DNA of 44,068 nt from Mycobacterium sp. (GCA_041303735.1 JBFYOQ010000039.1:1-44068); one strand, 5' to 3'; shown: positions 16,890 through 26,840, numbered from the stretch's first letter. Notes: generated from the letters alone by a model not told the origin. Numbers and translations: made by a program.

Positions 16890-17722
16890 GCCTGCAGCCG
16901 GAACAGCGCCGACACCGGCCCGCGCCCGGCGCCCAGCGGGTAGGCCGCCCGCAGGCACTCGGTGACCCAGGCTTTGCCGAAGGCGACCGCATCCGACATC
17001 GAATAGCCCTGTGCCAGAGCGCATGTGATCGCCGCGGCCAGGGTGTCACCGGCGCCGTGGTCGTGGCAGGTGTCGATCCGGGGTGCGTCGAACTCCTGGA
17101 ACTCGTTGCCGTCGTAAAGCAGGTCGGGGCTGCGCGGCGCAGAGCGCAGATGACCGCCCTTCACCAGCGCCCACTTCGGGCCCAGGTCATGCAGGGCCTT
17201 GGCCGCGTCGCGCTGGGTGGCGGCGTCGATAACGTCGATGCCGACCAGCAGGCGCACCTCGTCGAGATTCGGGGTGACCAGGCTTGCCAGCGGGAACAAC
17301 GTTGCGCGCAGTGTGTCCAGGGCACTGGTATGCAGCAGCGGGGCCCCGTGCATCGACGCGCACACCGGGTCGACGACCAACGGCACGGTGCCGGCCAGGC
17401 CGAGCCCGCGCCAGCGATCGGCGACGGTCTCGATGATCGCCGACGACGCCAGCATGCCCGTCTTGGCGGCCTGCACTCCGATGTCGGTGACCACCACCTC
17501 GATCTGACCGGCGATCACATCGAGCGGAATCTCGTGGAAACCGCTGACTCCCAAGGAGTTCTGCACCGTCACCGCGGTGACCGCGACCAAAGGGTGCACT
17601 CCCAGTAGCGCGAACGTGCGCATGTCAGCCTGGAGTCCCGCGCCGCCGCCGGAGTCCGACCCCGCGATGGTCAGCACCCGCACCGGTGTCTGGCGCGGTG
17701 GTGTCAACGGCAGGAAATTCAC
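16886..17722 (-). CDS. thiD: Hydroxymethylpyrimidine/phosphomethylpyrimidine kinase
   Basis: VLTIAGSDSGGGAGLQAD, AAKTGML, VDPV, TPNLDE, HGAGDT; GTG at 17722 with GGGAG RBS. Confidence 0.93.
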   Translation of the reverse strand: MNFLPLTPPRQTPVRVLTIAGSDSGGGAGLQADMRTFALLGVHPLVAVTAVTVQNSLGVSGFHEIPLDVIAGQIEVVVTDIGVQAAKTGMLASSAIIETVADRWRGLGLAGTVPLVVDPVCASMHGAPLLHTSALDTLRATLFPLASLVTPNLDEVRLLVGIDVIDAATQRDAAKALHDLGPKWALVKGGHLRSAPRSPDLLYDGNEFQEFDAPRIDTCHDHGAGDTLAAAITCALAQGYSMSDAVAFGKAWVTECLRAAYPLGAGRGPVSALFRLQA

Positions 17723-17803
17723 TCGCTGGCTCCCTGGGGCGTGGGTCGCAGGTGTGGTGGGTTTCACGCTAGCAGCGGGGCGGGCGCACCTCGCCGGGGA
17801 TCT

Positions 17804-17896
17804 CATCCGTTCCATGTGCTGCTCGGCGACATGACCCAGCTGCTCATCGGCGCCATTGCCCCGGTGTTCAATCCGGGCCGTTACTCGAGCGGGTAG
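17804..17896 (+). pseudogene. Possible 3' remnant of a deleted gene
   Basis: HPFHVLLGDMTQLLIGAIAPVFNPGRYSSG* with 25/30 codons ending in G/C, stop 10 nt before the next start; no convincing 5' part. Confidence 0.3.
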
Positions 17897-17906
17897 CTTC
17901 GCACCC

Positions 17907-18920
17907 GTGCTGACCAACCGCCAGGTCGTCCTGCGCCGCCGCCCCAGCGGACTCGTCGGACCCGAAGATACCGAGATCCTCACCGCCCCCGCCCCGAGCC
18001 CGGGCGACGGTGAGGCACTGCTGCGCACTACCTATGTCGGACTCGACGCCGCCGTTCGCACCTGGCTCAACGATCAGCCGGGTTACCTGCCGCCGGTGGC
18101 CCTCGGTGAGGTGATCCGCGCCGCCGGAGTCGGCGAGGTCGTCGAATCGCGCTGCCCGGCCTACTCCGTTGGTGACATCGTCACCACGCTCACCGGCTTT
18201 CAGGAATACGCCATCATCCGTGACGACGTGTTCAGCACGCCGATCCCCGGCGAGTCCGATCAGGCCGCCATTATGTCGGTCTACGGATCCGGCGGCGCCA
18301 CAGCGTATTTCGGGATGATGGAGGTCGGCCGCCCGAAGCCGGGGGAGACCGTCGTCGTGTCCGCCGCCGCCGGGGCGACGGGATCCATCGCCGGCCAGAT
18401 CGCCAAGATCGCCGGCGCCCGCGTGGTGGGTATCGCCGGCGGCCCGGAGAAGTGCCGCGTGGTGGTGGATGACTTCGGGTTCGATGCCTGCATCGACTAC
18501 AAGAACGAGAACGTCGCCGCGGCGCTCAAAGTGCACTGCCCCAAGGGTGTGGACGTCTACTACGACAACGTCGGCGGTGACATCCTCAACGCGGTGCTGG
18601 GTCGCCTGGCGCCCAGGGCGCGGGTGGTTCTGTGCGGAGTCATCTCCAGTTATCTGACCGGCGAGCATCCGGGCCCGTCGAACTACGTCAACCTACTCGC
18701 CAAGTCCGCATCCATGCAGGGGTTCAACGCGTTGGAGATGTGGGACCGCTTCGACGAGGCGTTCGCCGACCTGCGCCGGTGGGGGCGGGAGGGCAGGCTG
18801 GTGCACCGCGAGACGGTGCTGACCGGACTCGAGTCCTGCGTCGACGCGCTCAACGGGCTGTTCACCGGGGCCAACATCGGCAAGATGTTGGTGAAGATCA
18901 GCGAACCGACCCTGCGTTGA
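17907..18920 (+). CDS. NADP-dependent oxidoreductase (MDR, CurA/prostaglandin reductase-like)
   Basis: NRQVVLRRRPSG, VSAAAGATG, GIAGGPEKC, DVYYDNVGG, LFTGANIGK. Confidence 0.9.
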   Translation: MLTNRQVVLRRRPSGLVGPEDTEILTAPAPSPGDGEALLRTTYVGLDAAVRTWLNDQPGYLPPVALGEVIRAAGVGEVVESRCPAYSVGDIVTTLTGFQEYAIIRDDVFSTPIPGESDQAAIMSVYGSGGATAYFGMMEVGRPKPGETVVVSAAAGATGSIAGQIAKIAGARVVGIAGGPEKCRVVVDDFGFDACIDYKNENVAAALKVHCPKGVDVYYDNVGGDILNAVLGRLAPRARVVLCGVISSYLTGEHPGPSNYVNLLAKSASMQGFNALEMWDRFDEAFADLRRWGREGRLVHRETVLTGLESCVDALNGLFTGANIGKMLVKISEPTLR

Positions 18921-18922
18921 GG

Positions 18923-19882
18923 ATGCGCATCGGGATCGTCGGCGCAGGAATCAGCGGGCTCGCCTGTGCGCAGGGGCTGGTCCGGCGCGGCCACGACGTG
19001 GTGCTGTTCGACAAGGGGCGCGGGCCCGGTGGCCGGATGTCGACGCGCAGGGTGCCGACCGCCCGGGGCGAGGCACACTTCGACCATGGCGCGCAGTACT
19101 TCACCGCCCGCGAGGATGCTTTCTCACAGCAGGTCAGCGCCTGGATCGATGACGGTGTGGTAGCCCCCTGGCCGGCCGCGGGCAGCGGCGCGTACGTCGG
19201 TGTCCCCGCGATGAACTCGCCGGTTCGCCGGTTGGCCGAGGGCCAGAACGTGCAGTGGTCGGCACGCGTCACCGAGTTGGCCAGGCGCGGCGACGGATGG
19301 CGCCTGAGCATCGACGGCGGGGAGGTGGCTGACGTCGACCTGGCGGTGATCGCGGTTCCCGCCGAACAAGCCGCCGCGCTGCTTGCCGCCGCTGCCCCCG
19401 ATCTGGCCTCCCGCGCCGCCGCTGCGATCAGCGAGCCGTGCTGGACGGTCATGGCGGCGTTCGCGCTACCAGTGCCGGTCGCCCAGGACTGCTGGCGAGC
19501 CGACGATGGGGAGGGGGACCGGGGTCACGGCATCATCGGCTGGGCGGCGCGCAACAACGCCAAGCCCGGACGGACCGGGCCGGAGAGTTGGGTCATGCAG
19601 GCCACCCCGGCCTGGTCGCGAGACCGCATCGACGCCGATCCCGATGAGGTGGTCTGCGCCCTGCTTGCAGCGCTGTCGAGCGAGTTCGATGCGCAACTAC
19701 CTACCCGCATCGGCACCGCCGCTCACCTATGGCGCTTCGCACGGTCGGCGCAGGGGGGTTCCGGTCCCATCCTCGACCCCGACCGCCTCGGCCTGTGCGG
19801 CGACTGGCTCATCGGGCCGAGAGTGGAATCCGCCTGGCTCTCCGGGATGCGCCTGGCCGAAATGGTCGCGGCCGCGCGGTGA
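18923..19882 (+). CDS. NAD(P)/FAD-dependent oxidoreductase, renalase-like
   Basis: GAGISG dinucleotide motif, DKGRGPGGRMSTRR, FDHGAQYFT, CGDW. Confidence 0.85.
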   Translation: MRIGIVGAGISGLACAQGLVRRGHDVVLFDKGRGPGGRMSTRRVPTARGEAHFDHGAQYFTAREDAFSQQVSAWIDDGVVAPWPAAGSGAYVGVPAMNSPVRRLAEGQNVQWSARVTELARRGDGWRLSIDGGEVADVDLAVIAVPAEQAAALLAAAAPDLASRAAAAISEPCWTVMAAFALPVPVAQDCWRADDGEGDRGHGIIGWAARNNAKPGRTGPESWVMQATPAWSRDRIDADPDEVVCALLAALSSEFDAQLPTRIGTAAHLWRFARSAQGGSGPILDPDRLGLCGDWLIGPRVESAWLSGMRLAEMVAAAR

Positions 19883-19954
19883 ATTGGTCGTGCGTCAGCG
19901 CACGGTGAATTGGTCGTGCGTCAACGTACGGTGAAGAAGTTGAGCGTCAACGCA
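19877..19954. repeat. 3 x 26-bp tandem repeat spanning two convergent stop codons
   Basis: CGGTGAATTGGTCGTGCGTCAGCGCA / CGGTGAATTGGTCGTGCGTCAACGTA / CGGTGAAGAAGTTGAGCGTCAACGCA. Confidence 0.88.
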
Positions 19955-20762
19955 GATCGATCAGTACCGGCGCATGGTCGGACGGCGAGCCGATGCGGTC
20001 TTTGCCCGTCTTGCGCTCGTCGCGCGCGATCTCGGCGTGCACCACCTGGCCGGCCACAGCCGGTGAGGCGAGGATGAAGTCGATCCGCATGCCCTCCCGC
20101 CGCGGGAAGCGCAACTGGGTGTAGTCCCAGTAGGTGAACTCCCCGACGGTGAACGGCCGCACCACGTCGGCGTAGGACGCCTCGATGGCGGCGAAGGCCG
20201 CCCGCTCCGGCGCGGTCACATGGGTGCTGTTGGCGAACACGGCCATGTCCCACACGTCCTCGTCGCGCGGCGCGATGTTCCAGTCCCCTGTCAGCGCGAT
20301 CCGGGCATCGGGATCATCGATCAGCCAGGACTGCGCGGTCGTGTTCAGTGCGGCCAGCCATTCCAGCTTGTAGCGGTAGTGCGGATCCTCCACGGTGCGG
20401 CCGTTGGGCACATACAGGCTCCACACCCGAACGCCGCCGCAGGTGGCGCCCAGAGCCCGCGCCTCGTCCGCCGTGCCCTGCTTACCGCCGCTCCACGCGG
20501 GCTGACCGTCGAATCCGATCGCGACGTCGTCCAACCCGACCCGGGAGGCGATCGCCACCCCGTTCCACTGGTCGTGTCCGCAGTGCGCCACCTCATACCC
20601 GGCGGCCAGAAATGTCATGACCGGGAACTTGTCGTCGGTGCACTTGGTCTCCTGCATCGCAAGGACGTCGACTCCCGTGCGTGTCATCCAATCGACTACC
20701 CGATCCGCCCGGGTGCGAATGGAATTCACGTTCCAGGTGGCCACGCGCAACGCCTCAGTCAT
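19947..20762 (-). CDS. xthA: Exodeoxyribonuclease III
   Basis: ATWNVNS, QETK, YVPNG, GDWN, RIDFIL, SDHAP. Confidence 0.93.
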   Translation of the reverse strand: MTEALRVATWNVNSIRTRADRVVDWMTRTGVDVLAMQETKCTDDKFPVMTFLAAGYEVAHCGHDQWNGVAIASRVGLDDVAIGFDGQPAWSGGKQGTADEARALGATCGGVRVWSLYVPNGRTVEDPHYRYKLEWLAALNTTAQSWLIDDPDARIALTGDWNIAPRDEDVWDMAVFANSTHVTAPERAAFAAIEASYADVVRPFTVGEFTYWDYTQLRFPRREGMRIDFILASPAVAGQVVHAEIARDERKTGKDRIGSPSDHAPVLIDLR

Positions 20763-21706
20763 GCCCCGAGGCTAACGCCGAGGACGCTGCGGGCGTCGAG
20801 ATAACCGGCGTGATGGTGCAATCCGTAACCCAGCGATGCGTACAGCGTGATGGCCGCGTCGTTGTCGGTGAGCACCTGCACATAGCTGCGCTGCGCACCC
20901 CGGCTCACACCCCAGGACGCCAATGCCGCACAGATCGCCCGGCCGTACCCGCGCCGCCGGTGAGCCGCGGACACCGCCACCGCTGAGATTCCGAGCCAGC
21001 GTGTTCCGTCCGGCGAAGTAGTCAGCGCGCCGCGGCCGACCGCGATGCCGTCGATGCGGGCGAACACCACATCGCCGTCGACGACCGCGGTCAGCTCGGC
21101 TATCGGTACCGCGCGCCGGTAGCACCCCAGCCACTCGGCGTCGGGCGTCTCGGACAACAGCGCGCCCGACCCTGCCGGGCCGGCATCGGCGTCCGCGTCG
21201 AGGAGGTCACGGACCATCACGCGGGTGCGCTTGATACCCGCGGCGCGCACCGGCAGCAGCCGGTCCGGTAGTGCCAGCCACGGCACCAGGTTGCGCTGCA
21301 GATACCAGTCAGCGATCGCCGGCACGGCGTCCAACGATGGGGGGCCCAATGACGATGAGAACTCCAGCGGCACAGCCGAATTACCGCGACTCGTTGTGCC
21401 GTCCCCGGCCCGTAGCAGCCATCCGCGGTGCCAGTGCGTTTCGACGCCCGGCCAGCCCAGCGCGGCGGCATGCTCGAGCGCGCGAATCGCAGAGGTGCGC
21501 ACCGGCGCGAAGCTGAGTTCGCGGACCGCGATGATGTCCTCGACCGCGATCACCAGCGCGCCACCGGTGGCGCGGACCTCCACGCGCGGTGGCAGGGCTG
21601 TCAGCACACCGATGATGTCGGTCTGCTCACCGTCGTAATCCCGGTAGCGGATGCTGACCCGGCTGCCGATCGGCGGAAAGTTTGGCCCCGGGGCACTGGG
21701 GTTCAC
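20759..21706 (-). CDS. GNAT acetyltransferase (Rv0428c-like)
   Basis: Acetyl-CoA motif [25 protein letters not shown]; GTG overlaps def stop. Confidence 0.85.
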   Translation of the reverse strand: MNPSAPGPNFPPIGSRVSIRYRDYDGEQTDIIGVLTALPPRVEVRATGGALVIAVEDIIAVRELSFAPVRTSAIRALEHAAALGWPGVETHWHRGWLLRAGDGTTSRGNSAVPLEFSSSLGPPSLDAVPAIADWYLQRNLVPWLALPDRLLPVRAAGIKRTRVMVRDLLDADADAGPAGSGALLSETPDAEWLGCYRRAVPIAELTAVVDGDVVFARIDGIAVGRGALTTSPDGTRWLGISAVAVSAAHRRRGYGRAICAALASWGVSRGAQRSYVQVLTDNDAAITLYASLGYGLHHHAGYLDARSVLGVSLGA

Positions 21707-22299
21707 TCGTGCCCGAACGGGTCCGGCACGTCGCCGGGTATCCAGGACAGCCCGGGCACACCCCAGCCATGCGACTTGGCCGCCCGCTTGGCCGCCCGGG
21801 CGTGCCGGCCGATCAGCCGGTCGACATAGAGGTGGCCGTCGAGGTGGCCGGTCTCGTGCTGCAGCATCCGCGCGAACAGTCCGGTGCCCTCCGCCGTCAC
21901 CGGGTTTCCCTCGCCGTCGACGCCGGTGACCTTCGCCCACTCCGCGCGACCGCACGGGAACGACTCGCCCGGCACCGACAGGCAGCCCTCGTCGTCGGTC
22001 TCCGGGTCGGGCATGGTCTCGGGGATCTCGGAGGTCTCCAGGACCGGGTTGACGATCACCCCCCGGCGGTGTGCCGCCATGCCGCGCTCATCGGCGCAGT
22101 CGTACACGAAGACCCGCAGGCCCACACCGATCTGGTTGGCGGCCAGGCCGACACCGTTGGCGGCGTCCATGGTGTCGAACATGTCGGTGATCAGATCCCC
22201 CAGATCGTCCGGGAGGCTGCCGTCCGACCCGATCGGCACTTGACTGGTCGGTTTGTGCAGGACGGGATCACCGAGGATCACGATGGGTCGGACGGCCAT
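21703..22299 (-). CDS. def: Peptide deformylase
   Basis: [27 protein letters not shown]. Confidence 0.95.
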   Translation of the reverse strand: MAVRPIVILGDPVLHKPTSQVPIGSDGSLPDDLGDLITDMFDTMDAANGVGLAANQIGVGLRVFVYDCADERGMAAHRRGVIVNPVLETSEIPETMPDPETDDEGCLSVPGESFPCGRAEWAKVTGVDGEGNPVTAEGTGLFARMLQHETGHLDGHLYVDRLIGRHARAAKRAAKSHGWGVPGLSWIPGDVPDPFGHE

Positions 22300-22429
22300 G
22301 ATCGGCAAGCTATCGCCAAGCTGTCGTCAAGCTCAAGTGGGCCGACGCGCGGGGTCGGCTGCCGCGTCTTCCCAGCGCGGCGTGATTGAATGACGCTCGA
22401 ACGACAGGGATGTCATTAGAAGGGACCCA

Positions 22430-22738
22430 ATGGACGGCGCCATTGCACGGGCTGAGCAGTCGGTTGATGACGCCGACCTGCCCGAGGGGCTGAACCGCCG
22501 CGAATACGACATCCTCGCCTTCGAGCGTCAGTGGTGGAAGTACGCCGGCGCCAAAGAGGAAGCCATCAAGGAACTCTTCTCGATGTCGGCCACCCGGTAC
22601 TACCAGGTACTCAACACCCTCGTTGACCGCCCCGAGGCTCTCGCTGCGGACCCGATGCTGGTCAAGCGGTTGCGGCGGCTGCGGGCCAGCCGGCAGAAGG
22701 CACGCGCGGCCCGGCGGCTGGGCTTCGAGTTCCCCTGA
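22430..22738 (+). CDS. DUF3263 protein (Rv0430/NapA-like nucleoid-associated protein)
   Basis: ILAFERQWWKYAGAKEEAIKELF...DPMLVKRLRRLR; basic C-terminus; synteny. Confidence 0.88.
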   Translation: MDGAIARAEQSVDDADLPEGLNRREYDILAFERQWWKYAGAKEEAIKELFSMSATRYYQVLNTLVDRPEALAADPMLVKRLRRLRASRQKARAARRLGFEFP

Positions 22739-22775
22739 ACCTGATCACAGCGCCGGGGCCGTTACAGTGAGCCCG

Positions 22776-23219
22776 ATGAACGAGCGCGTCCCCGATTCCA
22801 GTGGGCTGCCCTTGCGCGCCATGGTCATGGTGCTGCTGTTCCTCGGCGTGATCTTCCTGCTCGTCGGTTTCCAGGCGATGAGTTCCAGCGGCCGCGACAA
22901 CACCGACGACACGCCCGCGATGACGGTGACGTCCACCAAGACCGCACCCAAGCCCGATGTGCGGGTGTACACCGTCGTCGGCGACACCGCCGCGGCCACC
23001 CGGGTGGGCGACCGGCTTCGGGAAGCCGGGTGGAACGTCACCGAGTCCGGCGCGGAGATCGCCGCCGCGATTCCGGCGACCACGGTGTACTTCGGCTCGG
23101 CCGAGGGCGAGCAGGGCGGCGCCGAGGCTGTCGGCACGGTGCTCGAGGCCCCCGTAGCCCCCCGGATTCCTGAAATCGCCGAGCAGCCGCCGGGCGTGAT
23201 CGTGCTGGTGACCGGATAG
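22776..23219 (+). CDS. virR: LytR C-terminal domain membrane protein (Rv0431/VirR-like)
   Basis: [16 protein letters not shown], one TM helix, TTVYF, C-terminal [10 protein letters not shown]; synteny. Confidence 0.82.
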   Translation: MNERVPDSSGLPLRAMVMVLLFLGVIFLLVGFQAMSSSGRDNTDDTPAMTVTSTKTAPKPDVRVYTVVGDTAAATRVGDRLREAGWNVTESGAEIAAAIPATTVYFGSAEGEQGGAEAVGTVLEAPVAPRIPEIAEQPPGVIVLVTG

Positions 23220-23229
23220 GCTCTGCGCC

Positions 23230-23964
23230 ATGGTGAATTCCGTCAATTGCCGCAAGTCTGCCGCTGTCGCGCTGTTGGCAGCGCCTGCGGTGATGCTCAG
23301 CGCGTGCAGCCCCTATGAGCCCGTCGCCACCCAACCCGGCACCACACCGCCGGTGTGGACCGGATCTCCGGCGCCGGCGGGTGCGGACGAGGGTGGTTCT
23401 CATGGCGGCGGTGCCCACGGTGAGAATGCGCTCGCGATGGGGCCGGCCGCGGCCGGGCCGACCGATACGCTCACCGCGCAGATCAACGGGCCCGACGGCA
23501 CCCAGGTGGCGGCGGCCACGATCGAATTCAGCGGTGGGTTCGCCACCGTGACGGTGCAGACCACCGGTCCGGGAAGTCTGGCCCCGGGCCCGCACGGTAT
23601 GCACATCCACTCCGTCGGCAAGTGTGAGGTCAACTCGGTCGCTCCGGCCGGCGGCGCCCCGGGTGACTTCCTCTCCGCCGGTGGTCATTTCGGCGCCCCC
23701 GGGACCTCCCACCCCAACCACGCCGGTGACCTGTCATCGCTGCAGGTGCGGCCGGACGGCACCGGGATGCTGGTCACCACCACCAGTGCCTTCACCAAGG
23801 AACAACTGCTGGCCGAGCCGGGGACGGCGTTCATCATTCACGACGCGCCGGACAACTTCGCGAACATCCCGGCGGATCGGTACCAGCCGACCGCGGACGC
23901 CACCACCCTCGCCACCGGCGACGCCGGCAAGCGGGTCGCCTGTGGTGTCATCGGCACCGGGTAG
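23230..23964 (+). CDS. sodC: Cu(,Zn) superoxide dismutase lipoprotein
   Basis: Lipobox [34 protein letters not shown]. Confidence 0.93.
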   Translation: MVNSVNCRKSAAVALLAAPAVMLSACSPYEPVATQPGTTPPVWTGSPAPAGADEGGSHGGGAHGENALAMGPAAAGPTDTLTAQINGPDGTQVAAATIEFSGGFATVTVQTTGPGSLAPGPHGMHIHSVGKCEVNSVAPAGGAPGDFLSAGGHFGAPGTSHPNHAGDLSSLQVRPDGTGMLVTTTSAFTKEQLLAEPGTAFIIHDAPDNFANIPADRYQPTADATTLATGDAGKRVACGVIGTG

Positions 23965-25099
23965 CGCCGAGTCCGGCCGCCGTGGGGCGGCGCGGATCGA
24001 CTTCGCCGGATCGCCCCGGCCCACCCTCGGTGTGGAATGGGAGTTCGCTCTCGTCGACACCGCCACCGGTGACCTGTCCAACGAGGCGGCCGTGGTGATC
24101 GCCGACATCGGCGACAATCCCCGGGTTCACAAAGAACTGCTGCGCAACACCATCGAGGTGGTGACCGGCGTCTGCGGCACGGTGGGCGAGGCGATGGCCG
24201 ATCTGCGGGGCACCCTGGCATCCACCCGCGAGGTCGTCCGCGGTCGGGACATGGACCTGTTCTGTGCCGGCACCCATCCGTTCGCCCAGTGGTTCAGCCA
24301 GGAACTCACCGACGCGCCGCGCTACGCCGAACTGATCAAGCGCACCCAGTGGTGGGGCCGGCAGATGCTGATCTGGGGCGTGCACGTGCACGTCGGCGTC
24401 TCGTCGGCACACAAGGTGATGCCCATCATCTCCTCGTTGCTCAATTACTACCCGCACTTGTTGGCGCTCTCGGCGTCGTCGCCCTTCTGGGCCGGCGAGG
24501 ACACCGGGTACGCCAGCAACCGGGCGATGATGTTTCAGCAGCTTCCCACCGCCGGACTGCCGTTCCAGTTTCAGACCTGGCGGCAGTTCGAGCGGTTCGT
24601 GCATGACCAGAAGACCACCGGGATCATCGACGATGTCACCGAAATCCGTTGGGATATAAGGCCATCCCCGAATTTGGGTACCGTCGAGGTGCGCGTCTTC
24701 GACGGGGTGTCCAATATCGGCGAGTTGGAAGCGCTGGTGGCGCTGACACACTGCCTCGTCGTCGACCTCGACCGGCGCCTCGACGCCGGCGAACAGTTGC
24801 CGGTCATGCCGCCCTGGCATGTCCAGGAGAACAAGTGGCGCGCCGCGCGCTACGGACTGGATGCCATCATCATCCTGGACGCCGACAGCAACGAGCGACT
24901 GGTGACCGAAGATCTCGACGACCTGCTCACCCGGCTGACGCCGGTCGCGAGATCTCTGGGCTGCGAGGCCGAACTGGCTGCGGTGGCGCAGATACCGCGC
25001 CGCGGTGCGTCCTATCAACGGCAGCGGCGGGTAGCCGAGGAGCATGACGGTGATCTGCGCGCGGTGGTTGACGCGCTCGTCGGTGAACTCGACATCTAG
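23945..25099 (+). CDS. Carboxylate-amine ligase / glutamate-cysteine ligase 2 (YbdK family, Rv0433-like)
   Basis: [42 protein letters not shown]; start estimated at GTG 23945. Confidence 0.9.
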   Translation: MSSAPGSAESGRRGAARIDFAGSPRPTLGVEWEFALVDTATGDLSNEAAVVIADIGDNPRVHKELLRNTIEVVTGVCGTVGEAMADLRGTLASTREVVRGRDMDLFCAGTHPFAQWFSQELTDAPRYAELIKRTQWWGRQMLIWGVHVHVGVSSAHKVMPIISSLLNYYPHLLALSASSPFWAGEDTGYASNRAMMFQQLPTAGLPFQFQTWRQFERFVHDQKTTGIIDDVTEIRWDIRPSPNLGTVEVRVFDGVSNIGELEALVALTHCLVVDLDRRLDAGEQLPVMPPWHVQENKWRAARYGLDAIIILDADSNERLVTEDLDDLLTRLTPVARSLGCEAELAAVAQIPRRGASYQRQRRVAEEHDGDLRAVVDALVGELDI

Positions 25100-25108
25100 G
25101 AGGGACGG

Positions 25109-25438
25109 ATGAGCGGAGTACGACGCTTCGGTGCCGCGCTCGCGGTCGCCGCGACGATAGGGGCGGCCGGCTGCGCCCGCGCCATCGACGGCACCGCGGT
25201 GGCGGCGCCCGGTGACCTCGGCGCTGCACGTGGCTCCACCCTCGTGGCGACCACCTGCCGGCAGTACGTGGCCATGAACGACGCGGATCGCAGGGAGGTG
25301 ATCACGGCCATCGGGTCCGATGGCAACCAACTCGTGGCGACGAACCCCGACCTGTGGATCGGTGTGGCCGCCGCGCTCTGCGCTTTCGTCGATCCGGGCG
25401 CGCCGGTGCGTGACGTGGTGACCGGGGGAATGCGGTAG
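25109..25438 (+). CDS. Hypothetical lipoprotein
   Basis: GGAGGG RBS; signal peptide with AAGC lipobox; two further Cys (possible disulfide). Confidence 0.72.
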   Translation: MSGVRRFGAALAVAATIGAAGCARAIDGTAVAAPGDLGAARGSTLVATTCRQYVAMNDADRREVITAIGSDGNQLVATNPDLWIGVAAALCAFVDPGAPVRDVVTGGMR

Positions 25439-26097
25439 TGGCCCCGGATTCGGTGCCCGACCGGGGGCTCACCCCGATGTTCCCGCTGCAGGCGGCCCTG
25501 CTGCCCGGGGAGACCCTGCCGCTGAGGATCTTCGAGCCGAGGTACTCCCGGCTGGTCGTGGACTGCCTGAACGCCCCCGAGCCGGCCTTCGGTGTGGTGC
25601 TGATCAGCCGCGGGCGCGAGGTCGGCGGCGGCGATGTCCGCAGCGACGTCGGAGCGCTGGCGCGGATCACCCAGTTCGCCGACCACGGCGAGGGCCAGTA
25701 CCAGCTGCTGGCCTCGATCACCGAGCGCCTGCGGGTCAGCCAGTGGCAGCCCGACGACCCCTACCCCCGGGCCCGGGTCCAGCCCTGGCCCGACGAACCG
25801 GGCCCCCCGGTCACCCCCGGGCGGATCGGCGATGTGGTGGACGCCCTCACCGCTCTCTACCAGCGGGTGGCCGAGGCCAGCGGCGGGCAGTTGCGGCCCG
25901 ACGCCCTCGCGGTGGACGCCGATATCGCCGACGACCCGTCCCGCCATATCTATGCGCTGGCGTCCCGGGTCCCGATGGGCCAGGCCGACCGCTACGCGGT
26001 CCTGGCCGCCCCGACCCTCGCCGGACGGGTCGACACCCTGCTCGACGCCATCGAGACTGTGACCGCGATGGTCCATTTCCAGCTAACCGATGAATGA
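25438..26097 (+). CDS. LON peptidase substrate-binding domain protein (Rv0434-like)
   Basis: PMFPL...LPLRIFEPRY, FGVVLI, DDPYPRA. Confidence 0.88.
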   Translation: MAPDSVPDRGLTPMFPLQAALLPGETLPLRIFEPRYSRLVVDCLNAPEPAFGVVLISRGREVGGGDVRSDVGALARITQFADHGEGQYQLLASITERLRVSQWQPDDPYPRARVQPWPDEPGPPVTPGRIGDVVDALTALYQRVAEASGGQLRPDALAVDADIADDPSRHIYALASRVPMGQADRYAVLAAPTLAGRVDTLLDAIETVTAMVHFQLTDE

Positions 26098-26201
26098 AAC
26101 GGCGGATGTAAGATTCGCGCTTCGAATCGCGACATACCCATCGACGCGCTAAAGTCAGCGCGTCTGCAGCTCATGAAGACCAAAAACGTAAGGGGCGTTC
26201 T

Positions 26202-26840
26202 GTGAAAGTGATCAGTCGTGCTGTGGTGGCGCTGATCGCCGCAATGGCCGCGTTGGTGGCTGGTTCCCCGGTCTCGAACGCTGTAATGGACAACCAGATG
26301 AGCCTGGTTGACGGCGGTGGCCGGACGATGACGATCCAGCAGTGGGACACCTATCTCGATGGCGTGTACCCGCTGGACGGCAACCGGCTGACCCGGGAGT
26401 GGTTCCACTCCGGCAGGGCGATCTACTCGGTGGTCGGCCCCGGCGCCGACGAGTTCGCCGGCACCCTGGAACTCGGCTACCAGGTGGGCTTCCCGTGGTC
26501 TCTGGGCGTGGGCATCAACTTCTCCTACACCACCCCCAACATCCTCCTCGACGGTGTGAGCCTCTCGCCGCTGGCGTTCGACCCGATCGGCTCGGTGATC
26601 ACTCCGAACCTGTTCCCGGGGCTGTCGATCAGTTCCGATCTGGGCAACGGCCCGGGCATCCAGGAGGTCGCGACATTCTCCGTCGACGTCGCAGGCGCCG
26701 ATGGCGCGGTCGCGGTGTCCAACGCCCACGGTACGGTCACCGGCGCAGCCGGCGGGGTGCTGCTGCGCCCGTTCGCCCGGCTGATCTCCCAGACCGGTGA
26801 CAGCGTCACCACCTACGGCGAACCCTGGGATATGCAGTAG
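26202..26840 (+). CDS. MspA-family porin
   Basis: Signal peptide, then QQWDT, NRLTREWFHSG, LELGYQVGFPWSLGVGINFSYTTPN, DLGNGPGIQEVATF, TTYGEPW. Confidence 0.95.
   Translation: MKVISRAVVALIAAMAALVAGSPVSNAVMDNQMSLVDGGGRTMTIQQWDTYLDGVYPLDGNRLTREWFHSGRAIYSVVGPGADEFAGTLELGYQVGFPWSLGVGINFSYTTPNILLDGVSLSPLAFDPIGSVITPNLFPGLSISSDLGNGPGIQEVATFSVDVAGADGAVAVSNAHGTVTGAAGGVLLRPFARLISQTGDSVTTYGEPWDMQ

Noticed and set aside
17723-17893. TPP riboswitch upstream of thiD
   Set aside because: Only a GATGAGA resembling the CTGAGA core; other conserved elements not found by eye
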